From positions 124,001 to 188,000 of the IMG/VR virus record IMGVR_UViG_3300010158_000027: a stretch of DNA of 64,000 bases; one strand, written 5' to 3'. Below the pieces are notes generated by a model. It did no database searches, had not been told where the DNA came from, and saw only the letters and a program-made list of their open reading frames with translations. The translations under genes were made by a program, and so were the position numbers. Below, piece by piece: positions 10,179 through 20,072 of the stretch; positions within the stretch are counted from its first letter, which is position 1, and every line of letters starts with the position of its first letter.

Positions 10179-11077
10179 TGAAATACACTAAAGAGATATA
10201 TAAATACGTACGTAGACAAAAATTAAACGAGGGATTTAATTCGGAGGGAACTCCTGATTTAAAATACTACGCGTTTGATTGGGATGATAATATTGTGTTT
10301 ATGCCAACAAAAATTATGGCTATGTCTGAAAATGAGGAGGAGATTCCTTTATCTACCGAAGACTTTGCGGAACATAGACATCAGTTAGGTGTTGAACCGT
10401 TTCCATATAAAGGAACTACCATAGTTGGGTACGCACCAGATCCTTTTAGATTTTTTGGTGTTAAGGGAAATAAGAACTTTATAGTTGATTCATTAATGGC
10501 ATCACCCGGTCCTTCATGGAATGATTTTGTTGAATGTATTAATGGGGGTTCGATTTTTGCTATTATCACAGCAAGGGGACACAATCCCGAAGTTTTAAAA
10601 GAAGCGACGTTTAATTATATTGTTTCAAATCATAACGGATTAAACTCAAAGACTTTAGTCGATAACTTAAAAAGATATCGAAATTTAAATACTGAAGAAG
10701 TTTTTGAATCGGTAAGTGACGTAAATTTCCAAGATAAGGATTTAATACAGGAATATCTTGATTTGTGTGTATTTGAACCGGTAACATTCGGGGAGGGTAG
10801 TGCGTCGAACCCTGAAGAGGGTAAAATTAAAGCGATGAGAAGATTTATTTCATATTGTCGACAAATGGCTCAGGAGGTTTCAAAAACGTCCAAACATAAA
10901 GGAAACCCAATGTTTAAAGACGACGTTTCAAATAATGAGATTCTACCGGTAATTGGTTTTTCAGATGACGATTTAAGAAATGTTGAGAAAATGAATGATT
11001 TCCTAGAAAAAGAATATCCAGAAAAACCAGTAGATATATATTTAACTAAAGGAGGAGAAAAAGTTAAATATAATTAA
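10178..11077 (+). CDS. HAD-superfamily phosphatase-like protein
   Basis: Motif I YAFDWDDN, motif II IITARG, motif IV GFSDDD..N. ATG 10178 is preferred over GTG 10175 because of the TGATG coupling. Confidence 0.75.
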   Translation: MKYTKEIYKYVRRQKLNEGFNSEGTPDLKYYAFDWDDNIVFMPTKIMAMSENEEEIPLSTEDFAEHRHQLGVEPFPYKGTTIVGYAPDPFRFFGVKGNKNFIVDSLMASPGPSWNDFVECINGGSIFAIITARGHNPEVLKEATFNYIVSNHNGLNSKTLVDNLKRYRNLNTEEVFESVSDVNFQDKDLIQEYLDLCVFEPVTFGEGSASNPEEGKIKAMRRFISYCRQMAQEVSKTSKHKGNPMFKDDVSNNEILPVIGFSDDDLRNVEKMNDFLEKEYPEKPVDIYLTKGGEKVKYN

Positions 11078-11190
11078 TAATCTCTAGTCTAGTAGAATAA
11101 TAATTTTTAACCGGGACAAAGTAAATAGAAAAAAAATAAACAAGGTGATATTTATAATAAAATAAATAAAACTAATAAAAAAAATAGACA

Positions 11191-11679
11191 ATGGCTGATT
11201 TATTAATGAAAATGCCCTTTCAGTACGAACCTAAAAAAAGTAATAGGTTTATATTGAGTTTCCCTTCTTCTTTAGGGATCAATTCTTGGTATGTTGAAAA
11301 AGCATCTAGGCCAAGTATAAAAATAGATACGAAAGAGATCAAATTCTTAAATACTCAAACGTATGTTGCAGGAGCGTTCAACTGGGAATCGATTTCAGTA
11401 ACTCTAAGAGATCCTATCGGTCCTTCGGCATCTCAAGCAGTTATGGAATGGGTTCGTTTACATGCTGAGTCTGTAACAGGACGTATGGGTTATGCTGCTG
11501 GTTATAAAAAAGACGTGGATTTAGAAATGTTGGATCCTACAGGTGTTGCCGTTGAAAAGTGGATATTACAAGGTTGTAGTATTACCGACGTTAAATTTAA
11601 CAGTGTTGGGTATGATTCATCAGATATTATGAAAATCGATATGACATTACAACCTGATCGTTGTATACTAGTATACTAA
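11191..11679 (+). CDS. tail tube protein (gp19-like)
   Basis: 162 aa, EPK..NRF and W..I.VTLRDPI..ASQAVMEW..YKKD..LEMLDPTG..VEKW.LQG motifs; follows the sheath. Confidence 0.88.
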   Translation: MADLLMKMPFQYEPKKSNRFILSFPSSLGINSWYVEKASRPSIKIDTKEIKFLNTQTYVAGAFNWESISVTLRDPIGPSASQAVMEWVRLHAESVTGRMGYAAGYKKDVDLEMLDPTGVAVEKWILQGCSITDVKFNSVGYDSSDIMKIDMTLQPDRCILVY

Positions 11680-11700
11680 TAATTTTTTTAAAAATAAAAT

Positions 11701-11730
11701 AAACCCATCTATTAAGGTGGGTTTTTTATT
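11701..11730 (+). terminator. intrinsic terminator
   Basis: AAACCCATC-TATTAA-GGTGGGTTT followed by a T-tract. Confidence 0.75.
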
Positions 11731-11769
11731 TACTATAGATTTTAACAACATATTTTTAAATAAAAAACT

Positions 11770-12528
11770 ATGGATAACGCATTGGATTACGGTCAACAAC
11801 AATTTAATTTACCTCATGATGTGGTAAAACTGCCTTCTCGAGGGGTTTATTATACCCCAAAAAAAGAAGCACTTAAAGTTGGTTATTTAACCGCTTCAGA
11901 TGAAAACATTTTAATGTCCCCAAACAACACTAAAGATGGTGTGGTTAAAACATTATTAAGAAGTAAAATTTATGAACCTGGATTCGACATTAACCAAATG
12001 ATAAATGTTGATGTACAGGCAATTTTAATATTTTTAAGAAACACCGCTTTCGGTTCTGAATATGAATTCACAGTTAGAGACCCAAAAACAAATTCTACTT
12101 TCGATACAACAATATTGCTTGATGAGATTAATTATTTACAACCTAAACATAATTCAAACGAAGAAGGATTATTTGATTTTGAATTACCAAAAAGTAAAAA
12201 TAAAGTAAAATTAAAACTTTTAACTTTAGGCGATGAGAGTGATATTGATACTCTAATCGAACAATATCCTAAAGGTATGGTAAGTCCCATTATAACTAAA
12301 CGTTTAGAAAAACATATTGTGGAATTGGATGGTAACAGAGATAAGGGTGCTATCGCTACGTTTATTAATCAAATGCCAATATCCGATTCAAAAGATATTA
12401 GAAAATTCATTTCAGAGTGTGAACCTAAAATGGATTTAGATAGAAAAGTTATCGCCCCGTCTGGAGAAGAGGTCACCATTGGTGTCACTTTTGGGGTGGA
12501 ATTTTTTCGGCCTTTCTTCCAATCATAA
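11770..12528 (+). CDS. tail/baseplate hub assembly chaperone (gp26-like)
   Basis: 252 aa between tube and tape measure; VVKLPSRG.YY and LTASDENIL motifs. Confidence 0.7.
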   Translation: MDNALDYGQQQFNLPHDVVKLPSRGVYYTPKKEALKVGYLTASDENILMSPNNTKDGVVKTLLRSKIYEPGFDINQMINVDVQAILIFLRNTAFGSEYEFTVRDPKTNSTFDTTILLDEINYLQPKHNSNEEGLFDFELPKSKNKVKLKLLTLGDESDIDTLIEQYPKGMVSPIITKRLEKHIVELDGNRDKGAIATFINQMPISDSKDIRKFISECEPKMDLDRKVIAPSGEEVTIGVTFGVEFFRPFFQS

Positions 12529-12661
12529 AAAAAACATTTTAGATGAGTTTTATTATTTAGTAAAGTTTGCGAACTTCTCGTATTCTGACGTTATGAGAAT
12601 GCCAACTTTCGAAAGAAGGTATTTTTTTGATAAATTGGTTGAAGAGTACGACAAAAATTAA
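12479..12661 (+). CDS. gp51-like / GT-type chaperone extension, probably expressed by +1 frameshift
   Basis: DEFYYLVKFANFSYSDVMRMPTFERRYF resembles the gp51/GT motif. It overlaps the upstream ORF in the +1 frame and the first ATG is only at 12593. Confidence 0.65.
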   Translation: MVSLLGWNFFGLSSNHKKNILDEFYYLVKFANFSYSDVMRMPTFERRYFFDKLVEEYDKN

Positions 12662-12692
12662 AAATAACCTATTTATTAAATAAAATAAGAGT

Positions 12693-14651
12693 ATGTTTTT
12701 ATTTCAAACGACACCAACTGGTGATGAATTTACTGACGGGTTTAAGTTATATACTGAGGGTATAAAAAAAGTGTGGGAGGGGTTAGGCGCGTCACTAATA
12801 CCTGAAAACAATATTGAAATCCTAACCTCAATGGAGTCAAAGGCAAAATCCATTCAAAGAGCTATCTCCGGAGTGGCCCTTAACCCGGCTAGTGCCACGG
12901 CATTTAGAGGAAAAATTGAAGATATTTATTTTGGTGTTGTCGGATTAAATGATGGGATAGTACAAATTGGTGGTACCGTTAAGGATATTACCGATGGTAT
13001 GCAGGCTATGAGTGACACTTTAGGTCGAGTAATCTCTCCATCATCTACGGTTTTAACTAAGATGGTCGAAATGTCAAAAGCCACAGGTATTGGTACTTTG
13101 GAATTGGGGAAAATGACTGCCGAATTTATGAGACTTACTTTTTCACAAGAGAAAAGTATGAAACTAATAAATACTATAAGTGAAGCTGCGAGAAGAAGTG
13201 GGTTAAATGTGAAAGGGGTTTTAGCTGAGGTACAAGCTAATCTTTCTAAAGTAAATGCGTATAGTTTTAAAGGTGGTGTTGAGGGATTAACCAAAATGGT
13301 TTTAGAAGCGAAAAGATTAGGGGGGACAATTGAGGATATTGGAGCTGCGAGTCTTGGTAGAAGTTTCGCATTTGACCCTGAAAAGGCTATTGAAGCGGCA
13401 TCATCGATGTCAATGCTTGGTGGGTCTATGAGTGATCTTATGAATCCGTTCCAATTAATGAATATGGGAGCAAACAATGTGGGTAAACTACAAAGTAATT
13501 TACTTGAAATGTCTAAGTCGGCATTTAAAGTTAACGAAGCCACCGGTGAAATTGAATCAAATGCCATTGCTCAACAAAGATTATATGAACAATTAAAGGC
13601 TTTCGGTAAAGAGGGTGAATACGATAAGTTCATTAATATGGGTCGTGAGAGTGCAAAACAAGCCATGATAGTTAAAAAGGTTAGTGACAGTGGTTTAGGT
13701 AAACTTTTTGGTGAAGGAAAAATGTTTGACGAAAAAGAACAAGGGTTAATTTCTCAATTGGCTGAGGTCGGTAAGGATGGAAAAATATCTTTAGAACTTC
13801 CTGGAATGGAAAAGATTCAAGACTTAACCGCAACATTAGCTAGCCCCAAAGGTCCTAAAGAATTAGAAAAAGCATTAATAGAGTACCAAAGACAAGCATC
13901 AATGAGTGATAAGGACATTGCAATAAAAAATTTAACCACTGTTGAGCAACAGTTAGTTGTTCAAAAAACTATAGAACAAGCAATCTTAAGACAATACACA
14001 TCAACGGAAAGAACAAAGATATTAAAAGACGTGGAAACGTCGTTAAATGCTAATCGAGAGATCGCTGAGAAAATGAGTGGACTTATGGCTCCTTCCGCGA
14101 AAGCCGCAATTGCCGCCATACCCGCAACCTCGGCAGGTATCACCACCGCTTTTAATGATAAAATGGGAGGGGCTAATGCGTATTTACGAGAAAAATATCT
14201 TAAGAAAGAATCGGAGGAGAGCGAAACAGTTGTTAAGGATGGTTTTTTCGATGGAGAAAATAAATCACTAAGAATGGGTAAAGGTGAAATATTTAATTTT
14301 ATAAAAGAGGATCAAGCAATTTTTGCCCCCGATTTAAATGGGAAATTAGGTATTTTAAAGGAAGCGTATCTTAAAATGCAAGATTTCACATCAGGACTTA
14401 ATAGTATGGCACCAAAAGAGTTACCAACTGTAAGATTACCAAAAACCGAATCAACACAAAAAACTGAAGTTACGGAGACTAAAGTACAAAAAATAGAAGG
14501 ATCTGGGACTGTAAACATTAATGTTAATATAACAAGTAGTGGTAATTTGGCTGACACACTTATTAATGATAGACGATTTAAAAATGATTTGGAAAAAGAA
14601 ATCCTATATGTTATTAAAAACAAGGATGTATTAATGGTGAAAAAACCATAA
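12693..14651 (+). CDS. tape measure protein
   Basis: 652 aa, helical and A/G/K/E-rich, located right after the chaperone pair. Confidence 0.7.
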   Translation: MFLFQTTPTGDEFTDGFKLYTEGIKKVWEGLGASLIPENNIEILTSMESKAKSIQRAISGVALNPASATAFRGKIEDIYFGVVGLNDGIVQIGGTVKDITDGMQAMSDTLGRVISPSSTVLTKMVEMSKATGIGTLELGKMTAEFMRLTFSQEKSMKLINTISEAARRSGLNVKGVLAEVQANLSKVNAYSFKGGVEGLTKMVLEAKRLGGTIEDIGAASLGRSFAFDPEKAIEAASSMSMLGGSMSDLMNPFQLMNMGANNVGKLQSNLLEMSKSAFKVNEATGEIESNAIAQQRLYEQLKAFGKEGEYDKFINMGRESAKQAMIVKKVSDSGLGKLFGEGKMFDEKEQGLISQLAEVGKDGKISLELPGMEKIQDLTATLASPKGPKELEKALIEYQRQASMSDKDIAIKNLTTVEQQLVVQKTIEQAILRQYTSTERTKILKDVETSLNANREIAEKMSGLMAPSAKAAIAAIPATSAGITTAFNDKMGGANAYLREKYLKKESEESETVVKDGFFDGENKSLRMGKGEIFNFIKEDQAIFAPDLNGKLGILKEAYLKMQDFTSGLNSMAPKELPTVRLPKTESTQKTEVTETKVQKIEGSGTVNINVNITSSGNLADTLINDRRFKNDLEKEILYVIKNKDVLMVKKP

Positions 14652-14680
14652 TAAAATCTATTTATATATAAAATTAATAA

Positions 14681-17600
14681 ATGGAGAGCCCATTATCATT
14701 TGATTCTACTGAAAACTTTAGAAAAAAACTATTGCTTAAAAATTTAAAACCTTATAAGGTTGATGGTTTTTACGCTAGTAATGACGGTAGTGTAAATACT
14801 GAAATCGTTTTAATCGATTATTCAGTAATAGATGAACAAACTGTCGATGTGACTGCGAAACAAATAGAACCAAGACTTATTGGATTAAATAAGTATACAC
14901 CTATAGGTGGAACGTTTGGAGATTTAGTTTCTATAAATTTAAACTTAAATTCTCAAACTAATTTTGGTAATTATAGTTACATTCAGTCTGAAGGATCAAA
15001 ACTTGAAAGTTTTGGTAGACAAAAAGAGGTTGAATCAATTGTCCAAAACCAATACGGACCTGAGGGCCAACAAAGTAAAACAACGGTTACCCCCAATTTA
15101 AATTTCCAAAATAAACCAAATGAGGGTAACTACGGATATCCTGATAGTGTTGGTAGTGAAATAGAATTGGAGGGTGATAAACAAGAGAAGTTATCAAGAG
15201 TATTAAACAAGTACTCACCGAGTAACATACAGAACGGATACGGAGACTCTGTACTGTTTCCGTTATTAGTTATTGGATCAAACCAAGGAGACTACCTATA
15301 CGTCTCTAATGGACCAAATTTAACAACGTCACAATCGCAAGATAGTGCGTATGTTACAAACCTTTACGGACCAAACGGTGGATTTGATTCTCCCGTTAAC
15401 ATTGGTTTAACTTATCAAACACAATCAAATAAGGGTGAATATAGTTTTGGGGTTTCAGCACCAAATAGAACAACGGAACAATCACAAAAAGTTTCATATA
15501 TTGCAAACATATTTGGACCTGAAAACCAACCGAATGGTTTTGGTGATATGATAAATCCTAATTTAGATTACCAAACATATTCAAACCAAGGTGAGTTTAA
15601 TTATGAAACTTCGTCACCTAGTAAAACTACCGAACAGTCACAATCCTTTTTATATACAAAAAATAGGTATAATAATGGTGATGGTACGTATGAGGTTTTA
15701 AGTGTTGAAGATTTAGCTTTTGAAAATATTAATGCGCCGTATTATAGTAGTAAAACTACTTTTGTGTTTTTACCTTCTGACTATACCCCGTTTAGTATAT
15801 TAAGTAATAATGATATTAATGGTATTGTTGGTAGTGAAGGTTCTTTAAGTCAAGATTCTGATTTGGCAAAATTAGGAGCAAAACAATTGCAAAAAGAATT
15901 TAAAGCAAGATTAGCATTTGAATTATTACAACAAACCTTAGGTAGAACCATATTAACTAATTCATCAATTGATCCTAACAGTGGGGGGGTTTCGGTAAAA
16001 CCGAATTTAGATCCTTTCGATGCGTTAGGTGTGGTTATGAATAAAATACCATTATTACAAAAAGACTTTAGAATTACATCTATTGGTGGTGGTATATTGG
16101 GGGAAACCCTGTCGTTCACATCTAGGTTATCTGGTCTTTATTCTCCTTATTCGTTAATACCTGGTTCATACTTTGACTACCCTAGTAAAAATTTATTATC
16201 ACAAGTTACAAGTAACCCTATTGGTGCCGTTGCTGGTATAGTTACGAATTTAGCAACAAAAATATTAAGCGCAAATATAGACACAGGTTCTGAAAGATTA
16301 TTGGCAAACACATCAAGTGCGACTAGAAGTCTATTATTTGATTTGTTATGGTATAACCAATACCGACCTAAATACAGATTAGATTCTGGGTTTAGCCCTA
16401 ATCTAATCGCCCCTGGAGGTAATTTTTATGTTGGTAAAACTAAAAATTATTTAAGAGATTTGGTTAGTCCCGTAACGGACTTACCAAAGGATAGAAACGG
16501 TAACCCATCAATTGGTCCTGTTTATGATTATGGTAGGGTAGGTAGAGATTTTGAAGGTACTAAGGTTAATGAAAAATTATTTGGTTTAAATGCCAGGCCG
16601 TTCTATGATAAGCTGGGAGGTATACAGGGGGGATTTACTTGGTCAGCTAAAAAGAATTATTTGGATCCGGGTAGGTTTGTTGGACTTAAAAACGAAAAGG
16701 GTGAGGATGTTCCAGGTCAAATTAGTAAGGTTTTTGAAAACGGAATTAAAGACTCTTTTAACAAAACAAAATCCTCTGATATTGAATTAACTCCAGGATC
16801 GATTTTAGATGTTACTCAAAAGTTGGTGGACGCTGGAAGTTTGGCATTAAATAAATTAGAGCACGTTGGTAATGCCATCAATCAAATATCTAAAGTCTTT
16901 AATGATGGGTATATTGAAACAACGAAGGGTTCTAGGGTTAGGAGGTATCTAACTCCGACAGCCGCGGGACAAATTAAAGGAAGTGAGGTTAAAACAGTTG
17001 TTGGGTATGAATATGCGAGACTATTCACCAAAGACAGACCGTATTATTCGTTCGACGAACTACAAAAAAAAGATGGTAATATTAGAAAATATAGTAGTTC
17101 CGTTTTTGACAATACATATAATTTAAATATAGCACCTACCGTAGGTGTTGATTCTACCAACATACAGTTAAATAGTCAAGGTAAGATGGGCGCTAAAAAA
17201 TATATGTTCTCTATTGAAAATTTGGCATGGAGAACATCTAGTAGAGTTGGATATAGAGTTGAGGATTTACCTGCGAGCGAGATAGGACCTAACGGTGGTA
17301 GAGTTATGTGGTTTCCACCGTATGACTTATCTTTTGACGATAACACGCAGACAAATTGGCAGGATAATGTTTTTTTAGGTAGAACAGAACCTGTGTACAC
17401 GTTTACTAATTCAAAAAGGTCGGGAACTATTAAGTTTAAAATTGTTGTCGATCATCCATCTGTGATGAATATTTTAGTGAAAAAAGAATTAGAGAAATCT
17501 GACGAATCTGAAGCGACAAAAGTGATTGATTCGTTATTTGCTGGATGTTTAAAATACGACCTCGTGGACTTACTTAAAAAGTTTCCGATGTTTAGTTATA

Positions 17601-19753
17601 GTGACATTTACAAAGTAATTGAGAGTTTAAATAGTCCGAGTCAAATTAAAGCGGCATCAGAAGCTTTACCAAATACTAACGACCCAGTACCGAGTGAATA
17701 TGCCGAAGCCGTCGCTATTGGTCAGGCAGCAGCTTCGATAAATGACAGAATGGCGAATGGTTCCACCACCCCCAATAACTTAATGAATGGTACACCAGCA
17801 AACCTCACCGCGGCTTATAACGATAACCCCAATAACACTAATACACAAACGGACGGTAAAAGAGATGTTGTTGAAAATGGAAATATCCTTAGAACTGATT
17901 TAACAAAAAGATTACTTAGAAAATTATTAAATGAGGCTAATTACTTTGAAATGATTAAGGAAACGAACCCTATGATTTATGATGGGATAAGAAGTAAATT
18001 TAAAAATTTCCATCCGATGTTTCATTCGATAACACCTGAAGGGTTGAATTCTAGACTTACGTTTTTAAATCAATGTATGAGACCTGGAGAAACTATACCA
18101 ACTGCGGTTGATAATGGAGGTAAAACACAATTTGAATATAATGACGTATTTAATAGTGCTTTTGGAACTCCACCGGTTTGTGTTCTAAGGGTGGGGGATT
18201 TTTATCATAGTAAAATCATTATTGAGAGACTTCAAATACGTTACGAGGATGGTAGATTTGATATAAATCCTGAAGGAATTGGGTTACAACCAATGATTGC
18301 TGAGGTTGATTTAAGTTTTAATTTCATTGGTGGACATGGAATTAATAATCCCGTATCTGAATTACAAAATGCGTTATCTTTTAACTATTACGCCAATACT
18401 GAAATGTACGATGAACGAGCGACGATAACTGAAGACGTTTTAACTAAGTTTGATTCTGAGTTATTGGCGGACATTAAAAATTTAACAGGATTGGTAAACC
18501 CATTAGGGACACCTAAGGGTAGTGGTATTGGTAGTACGATAGGTACGATAAAAACAAATGTTCTTGATTTACAAACAAGCGCAATTACCGGAACTATCGA
18601 ATATAAAGACAAGATGGTTGAATTTATAAAGGCGACTGGAGGATATTTTAATGCTCAATTTAATAGTCTAAAAAAAATAAAAGATGAATTACATTTAGGT
18701 GGACTTTTACTTTACACTAAAGACAGAAATTATAAACAAGGGTATTTTGACTACTTAAGTGGTACGACAAATAGTTTAATGACTACAATATTAGGTAAAC
18801 CCGAAAACTATCAAAATAGATTAGATGATTTAATATCCAGAGGTAAGGACGACGTTGATGGGTTATTAACCCCACCACTAACCCAAGTTGAATTGCAAAA
18901 TTTCCCTAATGCTCAAATTAGAAAGGTAAAAAGACAATTAAAATCAATGATTGATGACGTTAAGACGGAGTATTTGGCGGTTTTGGAGGAGGGACAAACA
19001 AGTATAATAAAAGAAGAACTTAACTTTATTACGTTATCTGATCAGTTGAATTTTGTGATTAATAAAAAAGATGGGTATGAAACGGAGAAAAAAACCATAA
19101 TAATTTATGACTTATCTGGTAAAACCGGCACAATTGATGGGAATACGGATACGTATGACGAATTGAAAACTGACTTTTTAAAAATAGGTGGTGACTTAAA
19201 TGTCTTTATGAGTAACTTAGATTCTTTCGGTATTGTACCAACAGGAGAAACCTACACATATAAGGATGATTTTAAAACACAATTATATTTAAATGAGAAC
19301 GAAACTATAGAAAGTCCGACAGAGACTAACGTATTTTATATGTTGTTTGGAAAGGTGATTATAAAGGATCCGAAAACTTTTGTTAACGCATTAGTGGCAG
19401 CAATCGGGGAAGACGCAACAAATAAAACGGAATGGGAAACATTTATCTATGCGAATTTAGGGTTTACCTATGTTGGTGGAGTGCCGACAGAAAAACCCAT
19501 TGGGCTTGTGGCGGATTTTAACAGGTCTAAAAAAAGAATTGATGAACAATTTACGGATTTTAAAAATACGTATTTTGACCCACTACTTCCTAACAACACA
19601 TATAAACCATTCACTAATGTTAAAGAGAGATTACTTGACTATAAAAAACAAGAACCTACAAACACAGATGATGAAACTAACCTTAGAAATGTTTGGCAAA
19701 GTGTGGATGGTGGAGATGCGGATAAATATAATTTGAAGAAAAAAATGAACTAA
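14681..19753 (+). CDS. large tail-tube initiator / baseplate protein with N-terminal repeats
   Basis: 1690 aa. Two tube-fold-like segments (FPPYDLSF..W..FLGRTEPVY.F..R.G.I.F; PPVCVLRVGDFY..II..L.I.Y..V.LSFNFIG); located after the TMP. Confidence 0.5.
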   Translation: MESPLSFDSTENFRKKLLLKNLKPYKVDGFYASNDGSVNTEIVLIDYSVIDEQTVDVTAKQIEPRLIGLNKYTPIGGTFGDLVSINLNLNSQTNFGNYSYIQSEGSKLESFGRQKEVESIVQNQYGPEGQQSKTTVTPNLNFQNKPNEGNYGYPDSVGSEIELEGDKQEKLSRVLNKYSPSNIQNGYGDSVLFPLLVIGSNQGDYLYVSNGPNLTTSQSQDSAYVTNLYGPNGGFDSPVNIGLTYQTQSNKGEYSFGVSAPNRTTEQSQKVSYIANIFGPENQPNGFGDMINPNLDYQTYSNQGEFNYETSSPSKTTEQSQSFLYTKNRYNNGDGTYEVLSVEDLAFENINAPYYSSKTTFVFLPSDYTPFSILSNNDINGIVGSEGSLSQDSDLAKLGAKQLQKEFKARLAFELLQQTLGRTILTNSSIDPNSGGVSVKPNLDPFDALGVVMNKIPLLQKDFRITSIGGGILGETLSFTSRLSGLYSPYSLIPGSYFDYPSKNLLSQVTSNPIGAVAGIVTNLATKILSANIDTGSERLLANTSSATRSLLFDLLWYNQYRPKYRLDSGFSPNLIAPGGNFYVGKTKNYLRDLVSPVTDLPKDRNGNPSIGPVYDYGRVGRDFEGTKVNEKLFGLNARPFYDKLGGIQGGFTWSAKKNYLDPGRFVGLKNEKGEDVPGQISKVFENGIKDSFNKTKSSDIELTPGSILDVTQKLVDAGSLALNKLEHVGNAINQISKVFNDGYIETTKGSRVRRYLTPTAAGQIKGSEVKTVVGYEYARLFTKDRPYYSFDELQKKDGNIRKYSSSVFDNTYNLNIAPTVGVDSTNIQLNSQGKMGAKKYMFSIENLAWRTSSRVGYRVEDLPASEIGPNGGRVMWFPPYDLSFDDNTQTNWQDNVFLGRTEPVYTFTNSKRSGTIKFKIVVDHPSVMNILVKKELEKSDESEATKVIDSLFAGCLKYDLVDLLKKFPMFSYSDIYKVIESLNSPSQIKAASEALPNTNDPVPSEYAEAVAIGQAAASINDRMANGSTTPNNLMNGTPANLTAAYNDNPNNTNTQTDGKRDVVENGNILRTDLTKRLLRKLLNEANYFEMIKETNPMIYDGIRSKFKNFHPMFHSITPEGLNSRLTFLNQCMRPGETIPTAVDNGGKTQFEYNDVFNSAFGTPPVCVLRVGDFYHSKIIIERLQIRYEDGRFDINPEGIGLQPMIAEVDLSFNFIGGHGINNPVSELQNALSFNYYANTEMYDERATITEDVLTKFDSELLADIKNLTGLVNPLGTPKGSGIGSTIGTIKTNVLDLQTSAITGTIEYKDKMVEFIKATGGYFNAQFNSLKKIKDELHLGGLLLYTKDRNYKQGYFDYLSGTTNSLMTTILGKPENYQNRLDDLISRGKDDVDGLLTPPLTQVELQNFPNAQIRKVKRQLKSMIDDVKTEYLAVLEEGQTSIIKEELNFITLSDQLNFVINKKDGYETEKKTIIIYDLSGKTGTIDGNTDTYDELKTDFLKIGGDLNVFMSNLDSFGIVPTGETYTYKDDFKTQLYLNENETIESPTETNVFYMLFGKVIIKDPKTFVNALVAAIGEDATNKTEWETFIYANLGFTYVGGVPTEKPIGLVADFNRSKKRIDEQFTDFKNTYFDPLLPNNTYKPFTNVKERLLDYKKQEPTNTDDETNLRNVWQSVDGGDADKYNLKKKMN
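14960..15680 (+). repeat. five tandem 49-54-aa protein repeats (N.G.Y/F ... N.YGP)
   Basis: In-frame anchors at 14960, 15119, 15281, 15428 and 15584. Confidence 0.75.
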
Positions 19754-19754
19754 G

Positions 19755-20072
19755 ATGGAATATTACAGAAGATATGATAAGTTTTTAATTAATGGTTTAC
19801 AAACTGTTGTACCTTATGTTAGTATTGGTAATCGTCCATCGGATCAAAAATACGTATATAGAGAAAACCAAAGTAGGTTGGATAAAATCAGTTATGAAAA
19901 GTATGGTAGCCCATATTTTGGTTGGTTAATTTTAAATGCAAACCCAATTTATGGGGGACTTGAAACGAATATTCCTGATGGAACGATTTTAATTATACCA
20001 TATCCGTTATTAAGTGCTTTGCAAGACTACAAAAATGCGGTAGATACCTATATTTTTTATTATGGCAGATAA
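19755..20072 (+). CDS. LysM/tail-X-like baseplate protein (gp53-like)
   Basis: YVYRENQSRLDKISYEKYGSPYFGWLILNANP..IPDGT.LIIP motif. Confidence 0.75.
   Translation: MEYYRRYDKFLINGLQTVVPYVSIGNRPSDQKYVYRENQSRLDKISYEKYGSPYFGWLILNANPIYGGLETNIPDGTILIIPYPLLSALQDYKNAVDTYIFYYGR

Noticed and set aside
12495-12542. Classical -1 slippery site for the tail chaperone
   Set aside because: The -1 frame hits TAG at 12540; the conserved extension is in the +1 frame.
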